Below are positions 10,459 to 20,930 of a stretch of 64,000 nucleotides of DNA, piece after piece. Below the pieces are notes generated by a model. It did no database searches and was not told the DNA's origin. It saw only the letters and a program-made list of their open reading frames with translations. Location: positions 76,475-140,474 of the forward strand of contig CBFGRM010000001.1 in assembly GCA_965651205.1 (NCBI GenBank). The letters are read 5' to 3'. Every line of letters begins with the position of its first letter. Position 1 is the stretch's first letter. The position numbers and the translations under genes were made by a program. The stretch comes from an uncultured bacterium. GTDB lineage: Bacteria > Gemmatimonadota > Gemmatimonadetes > Gemmatimonadales > GWC2-71-9.

Positions 10459-12555
10459 GTGCTTCGCGTCATCACCGCACTCTGTCTGCTGGCAACCCCA
10501 CTCGCCGGACAGACCCTGTCCGGATTTGCCACGTCCGCCATTCCCCAACAACAGCGACTCGAGGCCGCGCTGCTCGCGCTGCCGGACACCGCTGTTGCCG
10601 CGCGGCACGCTGCGGTGCTCGGTGCGGTGCCACACGTGGCCGGCACCCCGGCGCAGATCGCCACCGCCGACTACGTGTTGGAGCAGATGGCGTCGTGGGG
10701 GTTGGACACCGCACGAGTAGAGTTCGAGGTGTTCCTGCCATTCCACGATTCCACAATCGTCGAACTGGTCGCCCCGAGGCGGATCCGCTTCCGGCTCGAT
10801 GAGCCGTCGATAGCAGCCGATCCGCTCACCTCGGGAACCCCGTTCCCCGCGATGAACGGATACTCCGGAGCCGGTGACGTGACCGCCGATGTGGTGTACG
10901 TCAATTACGGTCTCGGCGATGACTACCGCGTTCTCGATTCGCTGGGTGTGAGCGTGCGTGGCAAGGTGGCCATTGCGCGCTACGGTCGCTCGTTCCGGGG
11001 CATCAAGGCGCGCGAGGCGGAGGCCAATGGCGCCGTCGCGCTGCTGATGTACAGCGACCCCGAGGACGACGGCTACGTAACCGGCGAGATCTACCCTGAC
11101 GGTCCGATGCGCAATCCGGACGGCGTGCAGCGTGGCTCGATCTTCAACGGCAACGGCGACCCCGCCACGCCGGGCTGGGCTGCGGTGGCCGGTGCGCGGC
11201 GACTGCCGGAATCGGAAATGAACATCGCCCGGATCCCGGTGGTGCCTATCGGCTACGGCAACGCTGAACAGATCCTTGCAGTGATTGGCGGCGCATCGGT
11301 ACCCAACGAGTGGCAGGGCGGACTGGGCTTTCGCTACCACCTGGGCGGCAGCGGTGAGGCACGAGTGAGGGTGGCCGTCTGGCCCGAGCGAGGCCCGCGT
11401 GCCTGGAAACGGATCCAGAACACGCTCGGCATCCTGCGCGGCACGGAATATCCCGACGAGATGGTTCTCGCAGGCGGGCACCGGGACGCGTGGGGACACG
11501 GTGCGATCGACAACGTCACCGGCACAGTCAGCATTCTCGAGGCAGCCCGCGCGTGGGGCACGCTTGCCGCTCAGGGCAACCGCCCGCAACGCACCCTGGT
11601 CTTCGCCACCTGGGACGCCGAGGAATGGGGGCTGATCGGAGCATTCGAGCAGGCGGAACTGATGCAGGAGTCGTTGGGTCGCGAAGCGATCGCCTATATC
11701 AACCAGGATGCCGTCGCCGGGGGCACCAATTTCGGCGCCAGTGGCAGCGCGGCCCTGCACGAACTGATCAGGGACGTAACCAGATCGGTCGGTCAGCCCG
11801 GCGACAGCGGGTCTGTCTACCAGTATTGGGCCGACAGGGCAGCATCCGGCGGGTCATCGGCACCGCCCACAGTTGGCGGCCTGGGTGGCGGCTCGGATTT
11901 CGTGGCCTTCCACGGATTCCTCGGCATTCCGTCGCTCAACTACGGCTTTGGTGGGCCGGGCGGGATCTACCATTCGGCCTACGATACCCGGACCTTCGTG
12001 GAGCGGTTCGGTGATCCGGGCTACAAATCGCACCGCGCAGCGGCCCAACTGCTCACCATCCTGATGGCCCGCCTCGGCAACGCGGCGGTGATTCCGTACG
12101 ACTACGGCGCCCTGGGCGAGCAGGTGGTCTCGCTGGTCGACCTTACCCGCGACGAGCCGGGGGCGGCCACCATTGCCAGTGCCCTCGACGCACTGGAACG
12201 CGCAGGGACGGTGCTGTCGCAGTTGGGGCGCCAGTTCACCGTGGCCCGAAACGGGGCGCTGTCGGGCTCGAATCCACCGGATGCCTTTGCCAGAGCCAAC
12301 GCAATCATCCGCAGGGTGGAGCGCCAGTTGGTCGATTCTGCCGGGCTGCCGGGCCGGCCCTCGCTCAGACATCAGATCTTCGCTCCGGACCGCGACAACG
12401 GATACGCCAACGTCCAGTTCCCGGCGATCGTCGAGGCATTGCGCGACGGCGACTCGCCTCGTGCGGCAGAGGCCACCCGAATCCTCGCGGAACGGGTCCG
12501 CCGGGCCGCGGCAATGGTAGAGGAGGCGACCCGCGCCCTGCCGTCGCCGGACTGA
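10459..12555 (+). CDS. Secreted M28-family metallopeptidase, glutamate-carboxypeptidase-II / transferrin-receptor-like (PA + M28 + TfR-dimer domains)
   Basis: Signal-like LRVITALCLLATPLAGQ; GKVAIARYGRSFRGIKAREAE (PA domain); GHRDAWGHGAIDNVTG and ATWDAEEWGLIG (zinc ligands); GGGSDFVAFH; YHSAYDT. GTG 10459 chosen (AAGGA upstream). The track ORF starts at 10384. Confidence 0.8.
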   Translation: MLRVITALCLLATPLAGQTLSGFATSAIPQQQRLEAALLALPDTAVAARHAAVLGAVPHVAGTPAQIATADYVLEQMASWGLDTARVEFEVFLPFHDSTIVELVAPRRIRFRLDEPSIAADPLTSGTPFPAMNGYSGAGDVTADVVYVNYGLGDDYRVLDSLGVSVRGKVAIARYGRSFRGIKAREAEANGAVALLMYSDPEDDGYVTGEIYPDGPMRNPDGVQRGSIFNGNGDPATPGWAAVAGARRLPESEMNIARIPVVPIGYGNAEQILAVIGGASVPNEWQGGLGFRYHLGGSGEARVRVAVWPERGPRAWKRIQNTLGILRGTEYPDEMVLAGGHRDAWGHGAIDNVTGTVSILEAARAWGTLAAQGNRPQRTLVFATWDAEEWGLIGAFEQAELMQESLGREAIAYINQDAVAGGTNFGASGSAALHELIRDVTRSVGQPGDSGSVYQYWADRAASGGSSAPPTVGGLGGGSDFVAFHGFLGIPSLNYGFGGPGGIYHSAYDTRTFVERFGDPGYKSHRAAAQLLTILMARLGNAAVIPYDYGALGEQVVSLVDLTRDEPGAATIASALDALERAGTVLSQLGRQFTVARNGALSGSNPPDAFARANAIIRRVERQLVDSAGLPGRPSLRHQIFAPDRDNGYANVQFPAIVEALRDGDSPRAAEATRILAERVRRAAAMVEEATRALPSPD

Positions 12556-12573
12556 CCATTTCCCCCGGCTGGA

Positions 12574-12599
12574 GGGGGCACGGCACGACCGTTGCCCCC
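12574..12599 (+). terminator. Hairpin after the peptidase gene (possible terminator)
   Basis: GGGGGCA (12574-12580) pairs with TGCCCCC (12593-12599), with further inner pairs. No U-tract. Confidence 0.3.
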
Positions 12600-12696
12600 T
12601 GATCGGACATCACTGGACGGCAGGCCCGGAAATCGTCGATTCTGTCGCATTTCTAGACAGTCCGGGTGATCGCGGGTGGGCGTCCGGTCCCGCAGG

Positions 12697-13836
12697 ATGC
12701 GGGACGTGGTGGAACTCCCAGGGCAAGGGGTGGTCGTGACCGCAGTCGATTCCTTCAACGCAATTCTCAAGAAGGCCCAGGAACTTGGGGCCTCCGACGT
12801 GCACGTTTGTGCCGGGGGCCCGTTCCGGTTCCGGTTGCGGGGCCAGATGATGCCTGTATCGGGGCTGCCACCGCTCACCACCGAGGACACCCAGGCGATC
12901 GCGGGGATGATCCTGCTGCAATCGCGCAAGGTGGCCCCGGATGCAGTACCCGACACCGTGGCGACGCTGCGCGATATCGACTGTTCATACTCGGTGCCCG
13001 GTGTCGGGCGATTCCGCGTCAATCTCTGCAGTCAGCGTGGCTCGATCTCGGCGGTGCTCAGGGCCATCGCGGCCGAGGTCCCGACTTTCGAGTCGCTGCG
13101 ACTCCCCGGGGTGCTGGCTGATATCGCCCTCGAGGAGCGCGGCCTGGTGCTGCTCACCGGCACCACCGGCAGCGGCAAGTCGTCGACCCTGGCGGCGATG
13201 ATCGGTCACGTCAACCGCCTCAAGGCGGGCAAGATCGTCACCATCGAGGATCCCATCGAGTTCCTCCATCGCGACGACAAGAGCAACGTGATCCAGCGCG
13301 AGATCGGCGGTGACACCGACTCGTTCGAGGCCGCCCTGCGCGCCGCGCTCCGGCAGGACCCTGACATCATCCTTGTCGGCGAGATGCGCGACCGTGCGAC
13401 GATAGACATCGCGCTCAAGGCAGCCGAGACCGGGCATATGGTGTTCAGCACCGTTCACACCACGGACGCCCAGCGAACGATCAACCGCCTGGTGTCGGTG
13501 TTCGCCGCTACGGAGCAGCCTGCCACCAGGCTGCGGTTGTCGGAATCGCTGCGTGCGGTGGTGTCACAGCGGTTGCTTCCCAGGGCCGACGGGCAGGGGC
13601 GGGTGGTGGCGGTGGAGGTGATGCGCAACACCGCCACCATCGCCGAGTGCATTGCCGACCCCGAGAAAACTTCGGAAATCCGGGACCACGTCGCGGATGG
13701 CCGGGTGCAGTACCAGATGCAGACGTTCGATCAGCACCTGATGGACCTGTACACCAGCGAGCAGATCACGCTGGAGACCGCCAAGGCGGCGGCGACATCG
13801 CCCGCGGATTTCGAGCGGAACCTGCAGTATCAGTAA
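12697..13836 (+). CDS. pilT: Type IV pilus retraction (twitching motility) ATPase PilT
   Basis: ASDVHV..., Walker A LLTGTTGSGKSST, TIEDPIEF, ILVGEMRD, TGHMVFSTVHT. The start is uncertain (ATG 12697; track start 12676; GTGs near 12727-12733). Confidence 0.85.
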   Translation: MRDVVELPGQGVVVTAVDSFNAILKKAQELGASDVHVCAGGPFRFRLRGQMMPVSGLPPLTTEDTQAIAGMILLQSRKVAPDAVPDTVATLRDIDCSYSVPGVGRFRVNLCSQRGSISAVLRAIAAEVPTFESLRLPGVLADIALEERGLVLLTGTTGSGKSSTLAAMIGHVNRLKAGKIVTIEDPIEFLHRDDKSNVIQREIGGDTDSFEAALRAALRQDPDIILVGEMRDRATIDIALKAAETGHMVFSTVHTTDAQRTINRLVSVFAATEQPATRLRLSESLRAVVSQRLLPRADGQGRVVAVEVMRNTATIAECIADPEKTSEIRDHVADGRVQYQMQTFDQHLMDLYTSEQITLETAKAAATSPADFERNLQYQ

Positions 13837-13845
13837 ACGGGATGG

Positions 13846-13871
13846 GTCGCGAGTCCGGCAGGGCTCGCGAC
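13846..13871. terminator. Bidirectional hairpin between convergent pilT and dcd
   Basis: GTCGCGAG (13846-13853) pairs with CTCGCGAC (13864-13871), 10-nt loop. It sits in the 47-nt convergent gap. Confidence 0.45.
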
Positions 13872-13883
13872 TGGCACAAGTCC

Positions 13884-14444
13884 TCAGAGTTTCGGCAGGG
13901 TCACCCCGCGCTGCGACTGGTACTTCCCCTTCTTGTCCGCATAGCTGGTCTCGCACACATCATCCTCGTCCGCCTCGAAGAACAGCACCTGGCAGATCCC
14001 CTCATTGGCGTAGATGCGGGCTGGCAGCGGGGTGGTGTTGCTGATCTCCAGGGTCACGTGGCCCTCCCACTCCGGTTCGAACGGGGTCACGTTGGTGATG
14101 ATTCCGCAACGCGCGTAGGTGCTCTTGCCGACGCAGATCGTGAGGACCTCTCGCGGGATCCGGAAGTATTCCACCGAGCGGGCGAGCGCGAACGAGTTGG
14201 GCGGCACGATGCAGATGTCGCCCTTGAACTCGACGAACGACTTCTCGTCGAACTGCTTCGGGTCGACGACCGCGGAGAGTGCGTTGGTGAAGATGCGGAA
14301 CTCGTCGGCGACCCGCATATCGTAGCCGTACGAGGAGACGCCATACGAGATGGCGCCCTGGCGGACCTGGCCGTCGACGAACGGCTCGATCATTCCCTTG
14401 GTTGTGGCCATACGGCGGATCCAGCGGTCCGACTTGATTGACAT
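13884..14444 (-). CDS. dcd: dCTP deaminase
   Basis: [13 protein letters not shown]...[47 protein letters not shown]. The ATG at 14444 matches the canonical Dcd N-terminus; the track ORF extends to 14537. Confidence 0.92.
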   Translation of the reverse strand: MSIKSDRWIRRMATTKGMIEPFVDGQVRQGAISYGVSSYGYDMRVADEFRIFTNALSAVVDPKQFDEKSFVEFKGDICIVPPNSFALARSVEYFRIPREVLTICVGKSTYARCGIITNVTPFEPEWEGHVTLEISNTTPLPARIYANEGICQVLFFEADEDDVCETSYADKKGKYQSQRGVTLPKL

Positions 14445-14567
14445 CGACAACGCCTCGGCAGGGGTGGACTGGGGTACGCGGGTGGCGGAATCTAACCGGA
14501 CCCCCGCGCCCCGGGCCGCAGGACGCAACTGTCGCAAGGGGGCGCGGTTATCCGGGGGTCGGGGCGG

Positions 14568-14596
14568 TTGAAATCACCGGACTGCCGGAGTAGTTT
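14568..14596 (+). promoter_or_regulatory. Candidate nuo operon promoter: TTGAAA, 17 nt spacer, TAGTTT(TG)
   Basis: TTGAAA at 14568-14573 and TAGTTT at 14591-14596, 40 nt upstream of the nuoA GTG. Confidence 0.45.
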
Positions 14597-14604
14597 TGTC
14601 CCGT

Positions 14605-14622
14605 TAGTGAAACTTTTCACGA
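14605..14622. promoter_or_regulatory. 18-bp dyad TAGTGAA-ACTT-TTCACGA: candidate Rex (or CRP/FNR-family) operator at the predicted nuoA transcription start
   Basis: Perfect inverted core GTGAAA (14607-14612) and TTTCAC (14615-14620). It matches 12 of 14 specified positions of the Rex consensus TTGTGAA-N4-TTCACAA. Confidence 0.4.
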
Positions 14623-14635
14623 GCGGGGGTGAAGC

Positions 14636-15001
14636 GTGCTGCAGCCCTACATCCCGATCCTGCTCCTCCTCGTGTTTGTGGTCGCCAACGCCGTACTGAT
14701 GCTCGGCATCTCCCAACTGCTGCAAACCTATCGGCCGACCTCCGTCAAGGCGGCTGCATACGAGTCGGGAATGCCCGCCCTTGGCGACGCGCGGGAGCGG
14801 TTCTCGGTCAAGTTCTACCTTGTGGCGATGCTGTTCATCGTGCTCGACATCGAGACGGTGTTCCTGATCCCCTGGGCCGTGGCATTCCAGCAGCTCGCCG
14901 AGCTGCGGGGCGTGCTGCTGCTGGAGATGCTGACTTTCGTGGCCATCCTCGCGGTGGGCTACGTCTACCTGTGGAAGCGCGGAGCACTGCAATGGGACTG
15001 A
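14636..15001 (+). CDS. nuoA: NADH-quinone oxidoreductase subunit A
   Basis: 121 aa, 3 TM helices, [31 protein letters not shown]. Confidence 0.92.
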   Translation: MLQPYIPILLLLVFVVANAVLMLGISQLLQTYRPTSVKAAAYESGMPALGDARERFSVKFYLVAMLFIVLDIETVFLIPWAVAFQQLAELRGVLLLEMLTFVAILAVGYVYLWKRGALQWD

Positions 15002-15615
15002 CCCCGCCGCCGGGACCGGGCGAGGAACCGGATGTGGTCGAGACGATGTCGCCCAACTGGGTCACCACCCGTCTCGACTTCCTGACCAACTGGGCCCGGT
15101 CCAACTCGCTGTGGCCAATGCCGTTCGGCACCGCCTGCTGTGCGATCGAGTATATGGCCACTGCCGCCGCCCGCTTCGACATCGCCCGTTTCGGAATGGA
15201 GCGGCAGTCGTTCTCGCCCCGCCAGGCGGACGTGCTGATCTGTGCCGGCAGGCTGCCGTTCAAGCTGGCGCCGGTGATCCGCAGGATCTGGGACCAGATG
15301 CCGCAGCCCAAGTGGTCTATCTCGATGGGTGCCTGCGCGTCCAGCGGTGGAATTTTCGACAACTACGCGATGGTGCAGGGAATCGACACCATCATCCCGG
15401 TCGACGTGTACGTGCCGGGGTGCCCGCCGCGTCCCGAGGGGCTGCTCTACGGCATCCTTATGCTGCAGAAGAAGATCCAGGCGGAATCGATCAGCGATCC
15501 GACACTCCGGGTGGAACACCTGGTCGGGCCTGACGGCCTGTTCCGGCGGCCCGAGGAGATCGACGAGGTGTCCGAGCCGTTCGGCAACTCGGTGAGCCAG
15601 ACGAGGTCGGGGTGA
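14992..15615 (+). CDS. nuoB: NADH-quinone oxidoreductase subunit B
   Basis: [26 protein letters not shown] (N2 cluster). ATG 14992 chosen; the track ORF from 14629 would overlay nuoA. About 40 aa of C-terminal extension. Confidence 0.92.
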   Translation: MGLTPPPGPGEEPDVVETMSPNWVTTRLDFLTNWARSNSLWPMPFGTACCAIEYMATAAARFDIARFGMERQSFSPRQADVLICAGRLPFKLAPVIRRIWDQMPQPKWSISMGACASSGGIFDNYAMVQGIDTIIPVDVYVPGCPPRPEGLLYGILMLQKKIQAESISDPTLRVEHLVGPDGLFRRPEEIDEVSEPFGNSVSQTRSG

Positions 15616-16277
15616 GCGCACCGCTGCCGGCAGTCGTGTCAGCCTCTTCGACTGCGGTGCTCGCTTCGGCCCGTGCAACGGTTGCTGCAATGCGGGCGCA
15701 GTTCGGCACCGCGATTCACGCCGAGCGCGAGTCGGCGGGACAGCTCGCGGTTGCGGTCGAGCCGGCACGCGCGCACGAGATCCTGGCGTGGCTGCGTGAC
15801 GATCCGTCGCAGCGGTACGACTATCTCTGTGACATTACCGCAGTGGAATACCGCGATCCCGAGCTGCCGCTGGAGGTGGTGTACCAGTTGCGTTCGTTGG
15901 CGCACGGCGCCGATCTCCGGATCAAGATCCTGTTCGATCCTGCAGGTCCGCTCGAGGTGGCCACCGTCACCGATCTCTGGAACGGTGCCGATTGGCTGGA
16001 GCGAGAGGTGTACGATATGTTCGGCGTCACCTTCCGGGGCCATCCCGACCTGCGTCGCCTCTTGATGTGGAACACCTACGACGAGGGGTACCCGCTCCGG
16101 AAGTCGTTCCCGCTGCGTGGCCATCGCTCCCGAAGCGAGCAGACCAGGCAGGCGCTGGCGGCCAACCCCGAGGCGCACTACACCCTCGAGGAACTGTCCA
16201 TCGTAGAGGCGTATCACGAGCTGCCGGCCGACGTGCGCGAACGCCTCGAGCGCGAGGGGAGGGTCGAACGCCCGTGA
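15612..16277 (+). CDS. nuoC: NADH-quinone oxidoreductase subunit C
   Basis: [26 protein letters not shown]; GTGA overlap with nuoB. It is separate from nuoD (no C-D fusion). Confidence 0.9.
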   Translation: MSAPLPAVVSASSTAVLASARATVAAMRAQFGTAIHAERESAGQLAVAVEPARAHEILAWLRDDPSQRYDYLCDITAVEYRDPELPLEVVYQLRSLAHGADLRIKILFDPAGPLEVATVTDLWNGADWLEREVYDMFGVTFRGHPDLRRLLMWNTYDEGYPLRKSFPLRGHRSRSEQTRQALAANPEAHYTLEELSIVEAYHELPADVRERLEREGRVERP

Positions 16278-16288
16278 CACCGCGCACG

Positions 16289-17560
16289 ATGGAGTTCGAG
16301 CTCAAGACTCCGGCCGTCGACTCCTCCGGTCGCCTGATCGCGGCACCGCTTGGCGTCAAGCGACGCCCCTCGGAGTCGGTCGACGACGACTTCGGCGCCG
16401 AGCATATGCTGGTCAACATCGGACCACAGCACCCGGCGACGCACGGCGTGCTGCGCCTGGTGGTCGAGCTCGAGGGCGAAACCGTGCGGCGGGTGATTCC
16501 GCACATCGGCTACCTGCACTCCGGGTTCGAGAAGCTCGGCGAGTATCGCCAGTACAACCAGATCATTCCACTCACCGATCGCACCGACTACCTGTCGCCG
16601 ATGGCGAACAACATCACCCTGGCGATGGCGGTGGAATCGTTGATGGGCATCGAGATCACCGAACGCTGCCGACTGCTGCGGGTGATCGCGATGGAACTGT
16701 CACGGATCATCTCACACCTGGTCTGGGCCGGCACCACCGGAATCGATCTCGGCGCGTACACGCCGTTCCTGTGGATGTTCCAGGAACGCGAGCGGGTGTA
16801 CAACCTCCAGGAAGCGTGGACCGGAGCCCGGCTCACCACCAGCGTGGCGCGTGTCGGCGGGATGATGGCCGACGTGCCGGACGGCTGGGAGTCGGAGCTC
16901 CGCAAGTTCGTCGACACCTTCCCGAACACACTCCGCGAGGTAGACACGATCTTCTCCCGGAACGCGATCTGGATCGGCCGCACCCAGGGCGTCGGGGTGA
17001 TGTCGGCTAGCGACGCGATCAACTGGTCGCTGTCGGGTCCGATGCTGCGCGCCAGCGGGGTGCCGTTCGACGTGCGCAAGGATAGGCCGTACCTCGGTTA
17101 CGAAGAGTTCGACTTCGACGTGCCGGTCGGCGAACACGGCGACATCTACGACCGCTATCGCGTGCGGCTGGAGGAGATGTTCCAGTCGACCCGGATCCTG
17201 GCCCAGGCCCTGGATCGTCTCCGTCCGGGGCCGGTCAACTGCTCCGATCCGCGGGTGATCCTGCCGCCCAAGTCGCGGGCGATGAGCGATATGGAAGCGA
17301 TGATCTACCACTTCAAGCAGGTGATGGAGGGGATCCGTCCGCCGGCCGGCGAGGTGTACCAGGCGGTGGAGAATCCCAAGGGCGAACTCGGCTACTATGT
17401 GGTGTCGGACGGAACCGCCAAGCCGGCGCGCTGGCGAATCAGGCCGCCGTCGTTCATCAACCTTGCCGCACTGCCGAAGCTGTGCGAGGGCGCCCAGCTT
17501 TCCGACGTGATCGCGATCAATGCAAGCGTGGACATCGTGATGGGTGAGGTGGACCGGTGA
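16289..17560 (+). CDS. nuoD: NADH-quinone oxidoreductase subunit D
   Basis: NIGPQHPATHGVLRLVVELEGE...; C-terminal DIVMGEVDR. An alternative GTG start at 16274 overlaps the nuoC stop. Confidence 0.92.
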   Translation: MEFELKTPAVDSSGRLIAAPLGVKRRPSESVDDDFGAEHMLVNIGPQHPATHGVLRLVVELEGETVRRVIPHIGYLHSGFEKLGEYRQYNQIIPLTDRTDYLSPMANNITLAMAVESLMGIEITERCRLLRVIAMELSRIISHLVWAGTTGIDLGAYTPFLWMFQERERVYNLQEAWTGARLTTSVARVGGMMADVPDGWESELRKFVDTFPNTLREVDTIFSRNAIWIGRTQGVGVMSASDAINWSLSGPMLRASGVPFDVRKDRPYLGYEEFDFDVPVGEHGDIYDRYRVRLEEMFQSTRILAQALDRLRPGPVNCSDPRVILPPKSRAMSDMEAMIYHFKQVMEGIRPPAGEVYQAVENPKGELGYYVVSDGTAKPARWRIRPPSFINLAALPKLCEGAQLSDVIAINASVDIVMGEVDR

Positions 17561-18053
17561 GCGCACATCCGGCCCCGACCGGGCCCGTGTTCACGCCGGA
17601 GCGCCGCAAGGCACTTAGCGAACTCGGGCAGCATTACCCGACCCGCCAGGCACTGCTGCTGCCGGCGCTCTGGATGGCGCAGGAGGCACACGGCTGGGTG
17701 TCACCGGAGGCGATCGACGAAATTGCCGCCGAGCTGGAGCTCACGCCGGCGCTGGTCCGCGGCGTGGTCACCTTCTACACGATGTACCACACCCATCCGG
17801 TCGGTCGCCATTTCATCCAGGTGTGCACGACCTCGCCTTGCCTGATGTGCGGCTCGGGCGATGTGCTTGCAGCACTGCTGGAGCACACCGGCTGCGGCGA
17901 ACTCGGCGCAACTTCGGCCGACGGCCGGTTCACGGTGGTCGAGGCCGAGTGCATCGGTGCCTGCGGCTTCGTGACACCGGTGCTGATCGATGATGATTTC
18001 CTGGAATCGGTGACCCCGGACCAGGTTCCCGAAATTCTGGCCAGGTATCCCTG

Positions 18054-18054
<1 letters not shown>
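17557..18054 (+). CDS. nuoE: NADH-quinone oxidoreductase subunit E
   Basis: VCTTSPCLMCG...ECIGACG (2Fe-2S N1a). Confidence 0.92.
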
Positions 18055-19361
<1,307 letters not shown>

Positions 19362-19364
19362 TCG

Positions 19365-20930
19365 ATGGCAGATGACACGGTCACGCTGACGATCGAAGGC
19401 GTCGAGGTTTCGGTCGCCAAGGGAACAATGCTGATCGAGGCCGCCAAGCAGGCCGGCGTGCTGGTGCCGCACTACTGCTACCACCCGTCGCTGCCGTCAC
19501 CGGCGGTCTGTCGGATGTGCCTGGTCGAAGTGGAGAAGCTCCCCAAGCTGGTGCCTTCGTGTGTCACCGCTGCGGCCGAGGGCCAGGTGGTTCACATCCA
19601 CTCGCCGACCGCAAAGAAGGCGCGCGCTGCGGTGCTCGAGTTCCTGCTCATCAATCACCCGCTGGATTGCCCGATCTGCGATCAGTCGGGGGAGTGCGAG
19701 CTGCAGGACTTCACCTTCCAGGAAGGTCGGGCAGCCTCGCGGTTCGACCAGTATCCCAAGCGCTACAACCCGGTCGAGGATTTCGGTCCCGACATCCTGT
19801 ACGTCGCCAACCGATGCATCCTGTGTACCCGCTGCGTGCGCTTTATGGACGACGTCGCCGAGACACCGGTGCTCAACGTGTCGGAACGCGGCGACCGTGC
19901 CTACATCGGCATCGACCCGGGCCAGGAGCTCGACCACCCGTGGTCGGGCAATGTGGTCGACCTCTGCCCGGTGGGATCGCTCATTTCCAAGGACTTCCTG
20001 CACAAGGCGCGTGCCTGGGATCTCGACAAGACGGCATCGATCTGCACCGGTTGCACCCAGGGATGCAACGTGATGATCGATACCCGCGACGACGTCGTGG
20101 TCCGGCTGCGTCCGCGCCCCAATCTCGAAGTAAATCGCCACTTCATCTGCGACACCGGCAGAGCCGACTATCGCTGGCTGAATCGCGGTGATCGCGCCGA
20201 GGTGCCGCTGGTGGCCCGAAGCGGTGCCGGAGTCGCCGTCGAATGGGATGAGGCGCTGGACACCTTCCAGCGGCTGCTCACCGAGACCAGCGGCGAGGTG
20301 GTGCTGCTCCTGGGCGGCCGGGTTTCCAGCGAGGCGATCGGCTGGTTGCTGCGGATGGTCGAGGACCGGCCCCATCTCGCGGCGATGAAGGTGCCGATCG
20401 GACCCGAGGCGCCGTTGGCAGGCATTCCCGGCCTGGCGCTGCGCGCCGAACGTGCTGCCAACCTGCACGGTGCCCGGCTCCTGGGCGCGGACGGTGGCTG
20501 GGATCGGGCCATAGCCGCACTGGCTGGCGCGGCTGCCGCGATCGTTGTCGACGTCGAGCTCGATGACGCGGAGGCCGCCGCACTGTCCGGAGCCGGAGTG
20601 ACGGTGCACCTCGCCACTGTGCCCGACCAGCGCTTCGGCAACGCCGCGCTGCTGCTGCCGATCACCACGGTGGCCGAAGAGCAGGGTGTGTTCGTCAATC
20701 GCGACGGTCGCGCCCAGCGCTACCTGCCGGCCCGTGGCGCACCGGGGCAGGCCCGACCGGCGTGGTGGGTGGCTGCTTCCACCTGGGCCAGGCTGGCCGA
20801 GGATCGGGTCGCTCCCGCCACCGCCGCCGAGGCATTCGCCTCGCTCGGCGCGTTTGACGGACTCGGCTACGGCGACCTCGGATTGGTCGGTCGGGTGATT
20901 GCCGGGGCTGCCAGCGGAGTCGCCCGGTGA
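19365..20930 (+). CDS. nuoG: NADH-quinone oxidoreductase subunit G (short form, 521 aa)
   Basis: HYCYHP...CRMCLVEV (N1b), HPLDCPICDQSGECELQ (N5), CILCTRCVRF (N4), CTGCTQGC-x27-C (N7-type). It is followed by only about 260 aa of molybdopterin-oxidoreductase-like sequence. Confidence 0.9.
   Translation: MADDTVTLTIEGVEVSVAKGTMLIEAAKQAGVLVPHYCYHPSLPSPAVCRMCLVEVEKLPKLVPSCVTAAAEGQVVHIHSPTAKKARAAVLEFLLINHPLDCPICDQSGECELQDFTFQEGRAASRFDQYPKRYNPVEDFGPDILYVANRCILCTRCVRFMDDVAETPVLNVSERGDRAYIGIDPGQELDHPWSGNVVDLCPVGSLISKDFLHKARAWDLDKTASICTGCTQGCNVMIDTRDDVVVRLRPRPNLEVNRHFICDTGRADYRWLNRGDRAEVPLVARSGAGVAVEWDEALDTFQRLLTETSGEVVLLLGGRVSSEAIGWLLRMVEDRPHLAAMKVPIGPEAPLAGIPGLALRAERAANLHGARLLGADGGWDRAIAALAGAAAAIVVDVELDDAEAAALSGAGVTVHLATVPDQRFGNAALLLPITTVAEEQGVFVNRDGRAQRYLPARGAPGQARPAWWVAASTWARLAEDRVAPATAAEAFASLGAFDGLGYGDLGLVGRVIAGAASGVAR

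Noticed and set aside
10327-11760. 477-aa minus-strand ORF
   Set aside because: It is antisense to the M28 peptidase gene, which has unmistakable zinc-ligand motifs. The ORF is Arg/Gly/His-rich low-complexity sequence with no recognisable domain.
13872-13886. TGGCAC, resembling a sigma-54 -24 element (relevant because rpoN is in the window)
   Set aside because: The required -12 element (TTGC, with GG-N10-GC spacing) is absent. The site also points into the 3' end of the convergent dcd gene, so there is no gene to drive. I found no convincing GG-N10-GC promoter in any intergenic region by eye.
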